The notes below the pieces were generated by a model. It ran no database searches. It was not told the DNA's origin and worked only from the letters and a program-made list of their open reading frames with translations. A stretch of DNA of 64,000 bases from an uncultured Oligoflexia bacterium. Its GTDB lineage: Bacteria > Bdellovibrionota > Bacteriovoracia > Bacteriovoracales > Bacteriovoracaceae. A program made the position numbers and the translations under genes. Positions 56,400 to 64,000 of the stretch are shown piece after piece (within the stretch, counting starts at the first letter, position 1; every line of letters begins with the position of its first letter). Location: assembly GCA_937120495.1 (NCBI GenBank), contig CAKZJW010000085.1:15194-79193 (forward strand). Reading direction: 5' to 3'.

Positions 56400-58802
56400 C
56401 TATGCAGCGTTATTAAAAAAGTCTTTAAACTTTGCAAATTTGTCGATTTCACCTGTATTTCCTGTTCTATCTAAGTATCTAGGAATCTTCTCGTACGGAA
56501 GTGGTAGGTTATTATTCTCAAGTTGCTCGATAAGATCAAGAATTCCATTATTCACATCTTTAGTTACGTTAGACTTTTGTTTAAAAGCCCAAGATGGAAC
56601 AACTTCAGCAAAGGCAATTCCTTGATACTTTGTTCCCGCAGATGTGATAACTCTATCTCCACTTGTTCCTTCCCACACTCTCGCATAAAAAGATAAATGA
56701 TTTCTTGGAATATTCGCCATTTTTAGTTTTGTACTTTTACCTTTAAAGATTTTTAAAGCAGCAATCTTTTTCGCCGCTTGCTCTATTCCAGAAGTTGGAA
56801 TTAAAGTTTTTCTATCGATTGAAATTGTTTTTACTTTATTCTTTATAATTCTTTTAATTTCTTCTTTAGCAAATTTACCATCAGCGATAATAAGTTTAGG
56901 GTTTGTTGTTTTTAAAAGTTCTTTAAAAATTGCATCTCTATATTTTTTTGTTTGCTCGATAACCTTTTTAAACTCTGTGTCTGTTGCACCATCCATTGCA
57001 ACCGGAACAGTTTTAATTACAAGGTAGTTAGAGTCTACTTTTAGTCCTTTCATCATGCCGTGAATATATTGACCACGTTCTCCGGTAAGAGCTCTTGCTG
57101 TAACGATATCATCATAGCCAATTGGATCAGCGAGAATAATAACTTCAGGCTTTTCGAATGAACCTCTGTAGTGTCCAAAGGGACCAACACTTGGGTGAGA
57201 CTTAATATTGAATGCGTTCATTCCGTGCTTTTCAAAACTCATTGATGCCTTCGCTTTTGAGATAGCTTTGAAATCTAAATTTTTAACCATAATCTTTGCA
57301 AACTTTTCACCAGGGCCTTGGTCAAAAACATATCTTGAATCAATACTTTTTGGACGAGCAATATATAAATCATCTGGATTTATCCCAACGGCAGCCTTTG
57401 CACTTGTCATCTTTTTAATTTCAGACTTTGAAAACTTACCATTATCTCTTGTTCCAATGATAACAACGTTTGCAGCCCCAGACATTCTTCTGGCCGTAGA
57501 CTTTGAAACCATTCTGTTTCTTGGTGTTCCAAAATCATAAAATTCTGGACCAATATCAGAACGCCCATAGCTATAATCTAGACCTTTTGCGTATTTATTT
57601 ACCATCCCTTCATCGGCAGTGATATTCCATCCCTTTGAAGAGTATTTATTAAGTAGATTAACATTTTTCATAACGGCTTTTGATGCCGCTTTTTTTCCTT
57701 CGGCATATGAATTTGCATCCATAACAAGTCTTGATAAATAACTTGGGTGAGGAAGTGAAACAACTAAGATATCATTTTTAATTTTTGTACCGTCAGATAA
57801 AGATAATCCTTTTAATGATATTGTCTTAATTCCGTTAACACTCATTTTGGCTAGATCATACCCTCCAAGTTGAGCTGGATTTAATAAACCATTTTTATAC
57901 TTTCCACCTTTTGTAAAAACCATATTCGAAATATACTCTTGTAGATTTTCTTTAAGTGATGAGGTTGCAAGCTTTTGATCTTTTGTTTTTGAATAATCTA
58001 GTTTTTTACCAATAATGTCTTGGTAAAGGTCACCACCATCTTTAGCGACTAGAGAAGGGAAAGTGTTGTTTCCACCAGCATACTCTTCTTTTATTTCTGG
58101 TACTTGGATTTTATTCATTTGAGATTCATATCTCGATTGAACCTCAGCTCCGTTCATTTTTGCAAATGTAGCAATCGCATCACGAGCAGCTCCTCCAAAT
58201 AAGACAATAAGCTTCATTGAATCTTTGTTATTTCTAATGATCCAATCTACTAAAGAGTTTCTCCATTTTGTTATTGGAGATTTTGGACTCATAGACATGG
58301 CCCATAGTTTATTGCCAACAATATTAGCTGTTCTTACTTTTGATTGTCCTTTATTTGTATAGATGTAAGGAGTTCCATAAATTCCATACTGACCTTTGAT
58401 AGTGAAAGAGAAGGTATTAATAAAAGCCGCGCCTTCATTCACTCCAAAGTACTTTGCAAGGTCCTGAGCTCTACCACCAAAACCAGCAGTTGCTGGGCGT
58501 CCAGCGGCTTCTGCTATATGAGTTCCATCTTGTCCTAGGAAAAGCATTTTAACTTTGTTTTTTTGCTGAAGCATTCTCCAAGGAATAGGTCCAAAGGCAG
58601 GTCTAAACTTTTGTTTTTTTCCCATAATCTTCTTTGAAACTTCGGGCATATTAGGAATATTGGCTGTGATGTCAACAAGCTCTCTTCCCATTTTTGTATT
58701 CACATCAGGGCCAGCGTCGTATGACCATTCGGGCATTTTTGCCTGAACTGCGAATGCTTGAACTGTTAAACTAATTGATAGTAAAAGTTTTACTCTTCTC
58801 AT
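56400..58802 (-). CDS. Large exported protein (800 aa) with two uracil-DNA-glycosylase-superfamily-like modules
   Basis: It has the signal peptide LLLSISLTVQAFAVQA. Module 1 has LFLGQDGTHIAEAAGRPATAGFGGRAQ, FINT, LIVLFGGAARDA and SLPHPSYLSR. Module 2 has VIILADPIGYDDIVTARALTGERGQ, LVIKTVP and PKLIIADGKFA. Confidence 0.4.
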   Translation of the reverse strand: MRRVKLLLSISLTVQAFAVQAKMPEWSYDAGPDVNTKMGRELVDITANIPNMPEVSKKIMGKKQKFRPAFGPIPWRMLQQKNKVKMLFLGQDGTHIAEAAGRPATAGFGGRAQDLAKYFGVNEGAAFINTFSFTIKGQYGIYGTPYIYTNKGQSKVRTANIVGNKLWAMSMSPKSPITKWRNSLVDWIIRNNKDSMKLIVLFGGAARDAIATFAKMNGAEVQSRYESQMNKIQVPEIKEEYAGGNNTFPSLVAKDGGDLYQDIIGKKLDYSKTKDQKLATSSLKENLQEYISNMVFTKGGKYKNGLLNPAQLGGYDLAKMSVNGIKTISLKGLSLSDGTKIKNDILVVSLPHPSYLSRLVMDANSYAEGKKAASKAVMKNVNLLNKYSSKGWNITADEGMVNKYAKGLDYSYGRSDIGPEFYDFGTPRNRMVSKSTARRMSGAANVVIIGTRDNGKFSKSEIKKMTSAKAAVGINPDDLYIARPKSIDSRYVFDQGPGEKFAKIMVKNLDFKAISKAKASMSFEKHGMNAFNIKSHPSVGPFGHYRGSFEKPEVIILADPIGYDDIVTARALTGERGQYIHGMMKGLKVDSNYLVIKTVPVAMDGATDTEFKKVIEQTKKYRDAIFKELLKTTNPKLIIADGKFAKEEIKRIIKNKVKTISIDRKTLIPTSGIEQAAKKIAALKIFKGKSTKLKMANIPRNHLSFYARVWEGTSGDRVITSAGTKYQGIAFAEVVPSWAFKQKSNVTKDVNNGILDLIEQLENNNLPLPYEKIPRYLDRTGNTGEIDKFAKFKDFFNNAA

Positions 58803-59014
58803 GAGGAAGGCTCCTGTTTAGTATTTTGTAGTCTTGTATATGAGATTTTTGAATAAATCTATACTATGCGTTAAAGCTGTAAATATTTCAGATAGAGTTT
58901 GGATATGTAGTTAAATCTTTTCGAATTCATCCCTCCCAAGTGCCTAATATTTAAACACGTCTATAATTTTTACAGTATAAAGGTGAATTTTCAGTTACTT
59001 ATAGATTCTTTTTT

Positions 59015-59030
59015 TGGCAAGGAAGTTGCT
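59015..59030 (+). promoter_or_regulatory. Candidate sigma-54 (-24/-12) promoter TGGCAAGGAAGTTGCT
   Basis: It has GG at 59016-17 and GC at 59028-29, with the consensus 12-nt register of TGGCAC-N5-TTGCW. It lies 44 nt upstream of the ATG at 59074, whose RBS is GGAGAG. Confidence 0.5.
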
Positions 59031-59073
59031 TTATATATTCTATCTAAAACATTAAAAAACTGGAGAGAAATTT

Positions 59074-60027
59074 ATGAAAGCAATCATCTTAGGATTATCA
59101 ATTTTAGCAACTCAAGCATTTGCAATAGAATGTGGTGATACGATTTATAATCAAGAAGTTGAGCTTACAAGTGATTTAGACTGTTCAAGTATGTCTGGAT
59201 TTGCAGCCTTAGAGTTGAAGGGAACTTCAAAATTGAAAGGACATGGATTTAAAGTAATATCTCCAAATACAAGCGTTGTTATTTATGCAGAAGGATCGGA
59301 AGTAAAAGTTAAAAATACGATCATTGAAGGCAGCGAGAGCAATATTGGAATTCAAGGATATAACGTAGGAAAACTTGTTGTAAAAAAAGTTACAGCAAAT
59401 AATATGAGAATTGGTGTTGATTATTATGCTGAAGAGAACTTTTCTTGTACAAGGCTTAGAATTGTTGAGTCTGACTTAAGTTCGAATAATTTAGGAGCAA
59501 AAGTATATTCTCCAAACTGTGAGAAATTTCCATTAATTAAAGAAACAAACTTATCTAATTCTGCTGATAGAGCTCTCTATATTGAAGCAAATAGAGTTAG
59601 AATTACAGGTAATCATAATAATAATTTTTCTAACTCAGCCAATGGTATGTCTTTGAAGGGGACGGATAAAGTTGTTCTTAAAGAACTTGATCTTGCAAAT
59701 AGTTCTATAGATGGTACTCAAGCATTTATCTATGACTCTGGTGTAGTAAAGCTTAGAGACTCTAAATTTGGAAACTCTGCTGGAACTGCAGTAGATATGT
59801 ACGAAGTAGATGAAGTTATTGTTAATAGATCTGAATTTGTTGCAAGTGGAGTAGGGCTTAAGGTTGCTTCAGATAGTGTTTCTACGAGCTTAACTGTTAA
59901 GAACTCTGATTCTTCAAGTAATATAACAGCTGGTGTATTAGCAGTTAGTTATGGAGCAGTAAAATTTGCAAATATCGACACAACTGAAAACAACTCATTA
60001 GACTATGTTTCTATTCAAAATCAATAA
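59074..60027 (+). CDS. Exported right-handed parallel beta-helix repeat protein
   Basis: It has the signal peptide ILGLSILATQAFA. Periodic turns of about 22-25 aa carry N/S/G-rich caps, as in NSADRALYIEAN, NSANGMSLKG and NSAGTAVDMY. Confidence 0.6.
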   Translation: MKAIILGLSILATQAFAIECGDTIYNQEVELTSDLDCSSMSGFAALELKGTSKLKGHGFKVISPNTSVVIYAEGSEVKVKNTIIEGSESNIGIQGYNVGKLVVKKVTANNMRIGVDYYAEENFSCTRLRIVESDLSSNNLGAKVYSPNCEKFPLIKETNLSNSADRALYIEANRVRITGNHNNNFSNSANGMSLKGTDKVVLKELDLANSSIDGTQAFIYDSGVVKLRDSKFGNSAGTAVDMYEVDEVIVNRSEFVASGVGLKVASDSVSTSLTVKNSDSSSNITAGVLAVSYGAVKFANIDTTENNSLDYVSIQNQ

Positions 60028-60062
60028 ATTAGTCACTTTATTAAAATTCAAATAAACAGAAG

Positions 60063-60088
60063 GCCACTTGAAGAAGTGGCTTTTTTTT
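60063..60088 (+). terminator. Rho-independent terminator
   Basis: The hairpin is GCCACTT-gaag-AAGTGGC, followed by T8. Confidence 0.85.
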
Positions 60089-60141
60089 GCTAAATCTCTA
60101 AGCTCATATTAACCATAAGAACCAATATACAGGGTGAGCTT

Positions 60142-61551
60142 ATGTCATTAGATCTAAATAATATCAAAGAACTTGATAACGGTAATAAATTAGTTGGAGA
60201 CCTTGAATTTCCACCTCGAAAAATGTGGGTGAAAACTTACGGCTGTCAGATGAATTACCATGATACTGAAAGAATGGTTTCCCATTTAAAACCTCTAAAT
60301 TTTTCTTTAACAGATAAACAAGAAGAAGCCGACTTTATGGTTTTTAATACTTGTGCAATTAGAGACCTTGCTAATCAAAAATTCTACTCACATCTTGGTG
60401 GAGCGAAACATGACAAAGCCCAAAGAGAAGTAAAGATTGCAGCGGCAGGGTGTATTGCTCAAACAGAATCAAAAGCCCTTTTAAAAAAATATGAACAACT
60501 AGATTTTGCTTTTGGAACAGATGTTATCGATAATATCGGAGAGATGGTTTACAGAGCTTATGCTGGTGATAAGAAATTTTCAGTAACAAGTTGGGATCGT
60601 TCTGATGATTATTCAATTCAAACGAAAGTAGAGCCAGGAAAGCCACAGGCCTTTGTTAATATTATTAAAGGTTGTGATAAATTTTGTTCGTATTGTATTG
60701 TACCCTTTACTAGAGGAAGAGAAAAATCGAGAAGAGTCGATGAGATTGTAAATGATGTAGCTCGTCTTTGTAAGTATCAGGGGATTCAGGAGGTAACTCT
60801 TCTTGGACAAAATGTTAATTCTTATGGAAAGAAAAATGGTGAATCATTAGCTCAACTAATTATGGAGCTAGAAAAAATTGATGAATTAAAAATGATTCGT
60901 TATACGACTTCACACCCATACGATATCTCAGATGAACTAATTGAAGTTCATGGAAAAAGTAAAAAACTTTCAAATCATCTACACCTTCCTGTTCAGTCAG
61001 GATCAAACACTGTTCTTCAAAGAATGCTCAGAGAATATTCAATCGAACATTACCTTGAGAGGCTAGATAAGATCAGAGCTGCAAACCCAGATATTGTTAT
61101 TTCAACAGATATAATTGCAGGGTTTCCAAATGAAACAGAAGACGAACATAGAGCAACTCTTGAGCTTCTTAAACTTGCTAAATACGATTTTATTTATTCT
61201 TATAACTACTCATCACGTCCAGGCACAAAAGCTGCCAAAATGGATGATGTTCTCACAAAAGATATGAGAGGAAGAAGACTTCGTGAAATACAAGCTCTTC
61301 AATTGGAACTCCAAGCTGAAGTTAGACAGGAGATGGTAGGGAAGACTTACCGTGTTCTTGTTGAGGGATCTAATACAATGAAAGGTGAGCTGAAGTGGAA
61401 AGGGCGTTCAAGCTGCTTCCGTATAATTCACTTTAAACCAGAAACTCCAGAATCAAACTATAAATGGCATTGGGTTGATTTAAAAGTTACGAGTGTAACA
61501 GCTCTTTCTTGCCAAGGTGAAATTGTTAAGGATTATGGTAAAACGATTTAG
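60142..61551 (+). CDS. miaB: tRNA-2-methylthio-N6-dimethylallyladenosine synthase (radical-SAM methylthiotransferase)
   Basis: It has the UPF0004 N-terminal cluster TYGCQMNYHDTE ... NTCAIR, the radical-SAM motif CDKFCSYCIVPFTRG and a C-terminal TRAM domain. Confidence 0.88.
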   Translation: MSLDLNNIKELDNGNKLVGDLEFPPRKMWVKTYGCQMNYHDTERMVSHLKPLNFSLTDKQEEADFMVFNTCAIRDLANQKFYSHLGGAKHDKAQREVKIAAAGCIAQTESKALLKKYEQLDFAFGTDVIDNIGEMVYRAYAGDKKFSVTSWDRSDDYSIQTKVEPGKPQAFVNIIKGCDKFCSYCIVPFTRGREKSRRVDEIVNDVARLCKYQGIQEVTLLGQNVNSYGKKNGESLAQLIMELEKIDELKMIRYTTSHPYDISDELIEVHGKSKKLSNHLHLPVQSGSNTVLQRMLREYSIEHYLERLDKIRAANPDIVISTDIIAGFPNETEDEHRATLELLKLAKYDFIYSYNYSSRPGTKAAKMDDVLTKDMRGRRLREIQALQLELQAEVRQEMVGKTYRVLVEGSNTMKGELKWKGRSSCFRIIHFKPETPESNYKWHWVDLKVTSVTALSCQGEIVKDYGKTI

Positions 61552-62009
61552 TTCTTTTTGCAGTTAACTCTTTTTATTTGAGTCTTTCCAATTATTGTAA
61601 CGCCACCTTTTGAAGTTTCATCCTGTCCTAAAACAGTAACGCTTCCATCTGATGTGGTGAACCTTGTAGCACAGTCAAGTTCAATCGTTGTATTTGAGAT
61701 AACATTTACTTTTGCTTTCATGCAATACCAACCATTGGGATTTAAAAACTTATAAGTGGTCTTTGCAATAACACTTACAGCTGGCTTAACTAAAATAAGC
61801 TCCACACTATCACTTTTTTTACGATCAACAATATTAGACCCAAATCCAAGAATCTTTACTCCGCCTTTTACTGTTCTAAATTCAGGAGATTTAGAATCAA
61901 AAGGATGTTTTTCAAACTTTTGTAGACAATTCTTTACTGCATCTAGATCACTTTCAGCGTATCCATAACTATTAGTAAAAAGAGTGAGTAGTAAGATAAT
62001 TATTTTCAT
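61548..62009 (-). CDS. Small exported protein (153 aa), unknown function
   Basis: It has the signal peptide IIILLLTLFTNSYGYA and 4 Cys, and looks beta-rich. Confidence 0.45.
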   Translation of the reverse strand: MKIIILLLTLFTNSYGYAESDLDAVKNCLQKFEKHPFDSKSPEFRTVKGGVKILGFGSNIVDRKKSDSVELILVKPAVSVIAKTTYKFLNPNGWYCMKAKVNVISNTTIELDCATRFTTSDGSVTVLGQDETSKGGVTIIGKTQIKRVNCKKN

Positions 62010-62118
62010 TTAGTCTCCATTTTTAATTTAAACAATTTATAAGATTTTTTTGTGATTGTCTAAATATCTAACGCTGAGCAGAGATCATTTTTGAGTATAA
62101 TCAAGTATCTTGTTCGAC

Positions 62119-62526
62119 ATGTTTTTAAGAATTAGTAAACCATTTCTCTATGTCTTTGCATGGGTAAGTTTTGCCCTTGGGCTCTTGGGCCTTGCTCTAC
62201 CAGTGATTCCGGGAACGCCTTTCTTTATCTTATCAGCATATCTTTTTAATAAAAGCTCTAAAAGAATGCATTCTTGGCTCACTTCCTTACCCCATATTGG
62301 TTCTGCTATAATAGATTGGGAGAAGAATAGAGTTATTCGTCCAAAGGCGAAGGTATTAGCCATCGTTTTTATTTGGGCATCTATATTGGCAACCATAGTC
62401 TTCTCAAAGATTCACTTTGGATTAAAAATAATGTTATTTTTTATCGCAACAAGTGTGTCTGTTTTTATTTTGACAAGGAAGTCGCATGCTAAAAATCATT
62501 CTCGTAAACCTATTTCTAATCAGTAG
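62119..62526 (+). CDS. ybaN: DUF454 (YbaN)-family inner-membrane protein
   Basis: LGLLGLALPVIPGTPFFILSAYLFNKSSKRMHSWL ... IIDWEKNRVIRPKAK matches the YbaN pattern. Confidence 0.75.
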   Translation: MFLRISKPFLYVFAWVSFALGLLGLALPVIPGTPFFILSAYLFNKSSKRMHSWLTSLPHIGSAIIDWEKNRVIRPKAKVLAIVFIWASILATIVFSKIHFGLKIMLFFIATSVSVFILTRKSHAKNHSRKPISNQ

Positions 62527-63112
62527 TGCCTACTGTTATGTTGATCTAAAACTTGAATATACATACTCCACTCGAAGAGTTGAAGCTGTTGATGCTGATG
62601 GAGAACTTGATGCAGATCTTGGGGAAGCCAAATCTACAACGAAAGGTTTTAGTGTGAACTGGGCTTGGTATGTTTGGGAGTACACAGCAATAGAGTTTAA
62701 TTATGCAGAGTCTGAAGAGCGAATCGAAGATGATCGCTCAGCAACCGATGGAAGTATAACTATTAATAATCAAGATTCCCTTGTTAAGACAACAACTCAA
62801 GGGGTGGGGATTAGACAGTCATTTGCAAATAGAAAAGCTAGGATTATTCCATCTATCTCTATTGGTTATGCTCGTTATACAACATCGGGACAAACAACTT
62901 ATAAGCTCACTGATGGTGGTGTTGCGAGGGAGATCGTTCTAAATAGAGATAAAGAAGTTACAAACTCTAGTTATGCCTCAGCAACTTTAGCCTTTAAGAT
63001 CACAAAGCTGTTGAGATTAACCTTTTCTGCTAAAACAATCGTTCCTGGATTTGAGATCGATAAGGCTGATAAAAATGTTAGCTACTTCGGAGGATTGTCT
63101 TGGGTTTTCTAG
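62486..63112 (+). CDS. Outer-membrane beta-barrel protein (small porin/OMP-like)
   Basis: It has a signal peptide, alternating amphipathic strands and the C-terminal GGLSWVF with a terminal Phe. Confidence 0.6.
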   Translation: MLKIILVNLFLISSAYCYVDLKLEYTYSTRRVEAVDADGELDADLGEAKSTTKGFSVNWAWYVWEYTAIEFNYAESEERIEDDRSATDGSITINNQDSLVKTTTQGVGIRQSFANRKARIIPSISIGYARYTTSGQTTYKLTDGGVAREIVLNRDKEVTNSSYASATLAFKITKLLRLTFSAKTIVPGFEIDKADKNVSYFGGLSWVF

Positions 63113-64000
63113 ATGCTTATTAATAAACATCTTTATCTTTTAATATTGCTTAGTTTTTTTTCAGGTTGTGCCAAAACCATGTATTTAACAAAGCAAGCTT
63201 CAGGTCAAATTGCTTTGGAGTGGAACGGAATTGATAATGAGCAAGTACTTAGCGATTCTTCTGTTAGTGATGAGCACAAAAGAAAGATAAAATTAATTCA
63301 AAAATATAAAAACTACTTCTACAAATACTTTAAAAAAGAGAAGACATCAATATATGATGAAACCACATTCTTAAAAACAAAAGCAGTAACTTATTTAGTG
63401 ATTGCTTCTCCTAAGGATAAAATTAAACCAATTATTTTTAATTTTCCGATTGTAGGCTCATTTCCTTATATTGGTTTCTTTGATTTAGATGATGCAAAAG
63501 AGTTTCAAAATGATCGATCTGAAGAGGGATTATCGACCTATATTCGCCCAGTTTATGCGTACTCGACTCTTAATAAATTACCATTCTATGATAATATATT
63601 GAGTTCATTTTTTTATTATGATGATGAAAAACTTGCAGAGTTAATTTTTCATGAGCTAACACATACGATATTTTTCATAGAAGATGAAATTAGCTTAAAT
63701 GAAAGTCTTGCTGAAGTGATTAGCAAATATATGGTGTATGAATATTTTCATAAAAGTGAGCTTGAGATATCTAAGATTAAAAACTCTTATACTCGAATGA
63801 AGAAAATTTCTAAAAAAATTACTTCTTTAACTCACCAGTTGAGTGATGAATATAAGAAAAGTGAAGATTTTGAAAAGACATTAAAGCTCTTTATAGAGCA
63901 GAAGTTTAGACCTGAAATTAGTACGCAGTGCAAAGAGCTTCAGATTCCAAAGTGCTGGCCTTTAAAGGGAGAGTGGAATAACGCTCGTTTTTCAGCTTTC
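63113..64000 (+). CDS. Lipoprotein, predicted zinc aminopeptidase (COG4324-like), 3' end cut by the window edge
   Basis: This ORF is not in the ORF track; I translated it from the ATG at 63113. It has the lipobox LLSFFSGC and the HExxH motif IFHELTHTIFF. The frame stays open to nt 64000. Confidence 0.6.
   Translation, partial: MLINKHLYLLILLSFFSGCAKTMYLTKQASGQIALEWNGIDNEQVLSDSSVSDEHKRKIKLIQKYKNYFYKYFKKEKTSIYDETTFLKTKAVTYLVIASPKDKIKPIIFNFPIVGSFPYIGFFDLDDAKEFQNDRSEEGLSTYIRPVYAYSTLNKLPFYDNILSSFFYYDDEKLAELIFHELTHTIFFIEDEISLNESLAEVISKYMVYEYFHKSELEISKIKNSYTRMKKISKKITSLTHQLSDEYKKSEDFEKTLKLFIEQKFRPEISTQCKELQIPKCWPLKGEWNNARFSAF

Overview
This is an AT-rich, tightly packed chromosomal window from a Gram-negative bacterium. 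I recognised no rRNA, tRNA, CRISPR array, transposase, integrase or phage genes. Most of it is core housekeeping and envelope biology:
- fadB (5'-truncated) and fadA, then an OmpR-type two-component pair and an acyl-CoA dehydrogenase
- rlmN, sppA and lapB, three unknown envelope genes, then tolQ-tolR-tolA-tolB
- a GAF/AAA+/Fis-type regulator and an HD phosphohydrolase
- ftsE-ftsX, an EnvC-like gene, ctp, xseA, an M23 peptidase and a histidine-kinase-like gene
- a minus-strand deoA-punA-exonuclease operon facing nupC and mscL
- rng and an acyltransferase
- a ribosomal/replication cluster (S6/S18, a DUF2232-like gene, rplI, dnaB), then pabB
- PomA/PomB-type flagellar stator genes and a pseudouridine synthase
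- yciB, a CPBP protease, a GNAT acetyltransferase, miaB, ybaN, an outer-membrane beta-barrel, and a lipoprotein aminopeptidase (3'-truncated)

About 15 signal-peptide ORFs have no recognisable family. Together with a TIGR02147-like regulator, Na+-type stator genes and a nucleoside-scavenging cluster, this fits a marine Bdellovibrio-like predator such as Halobacteriovorax or Bacteriovorax. That assignment is inference only.

I did not find one clear-cut new multi-gene system. The best candidates for novelty are:
1. rpsF and rpsR fused in a single reading frame.
2. An 800-aa exported protein with two uracil-DNA-glycosylase-superfamily-like modules. It sits divergent to a beta-helix exoprotein gene that has a near-consensus sigma-54 -24/-12 promoter.
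3. An enhancer-binding-protein homologue that lacks the GAFTGA loop and the Walker B glutamate.
4. An exported protein with a caspase-like (clan CD) His/Cys dyad pattern.
5. A nucleoside-phosphorylase operon translationally coupled to a DEDD exonuclease that carries an unknown C-terminal domain.
6. A regulator followed by three small Cys-containing exported proteins.

All functional calls rest on motif recognition by eye. No database search was run.
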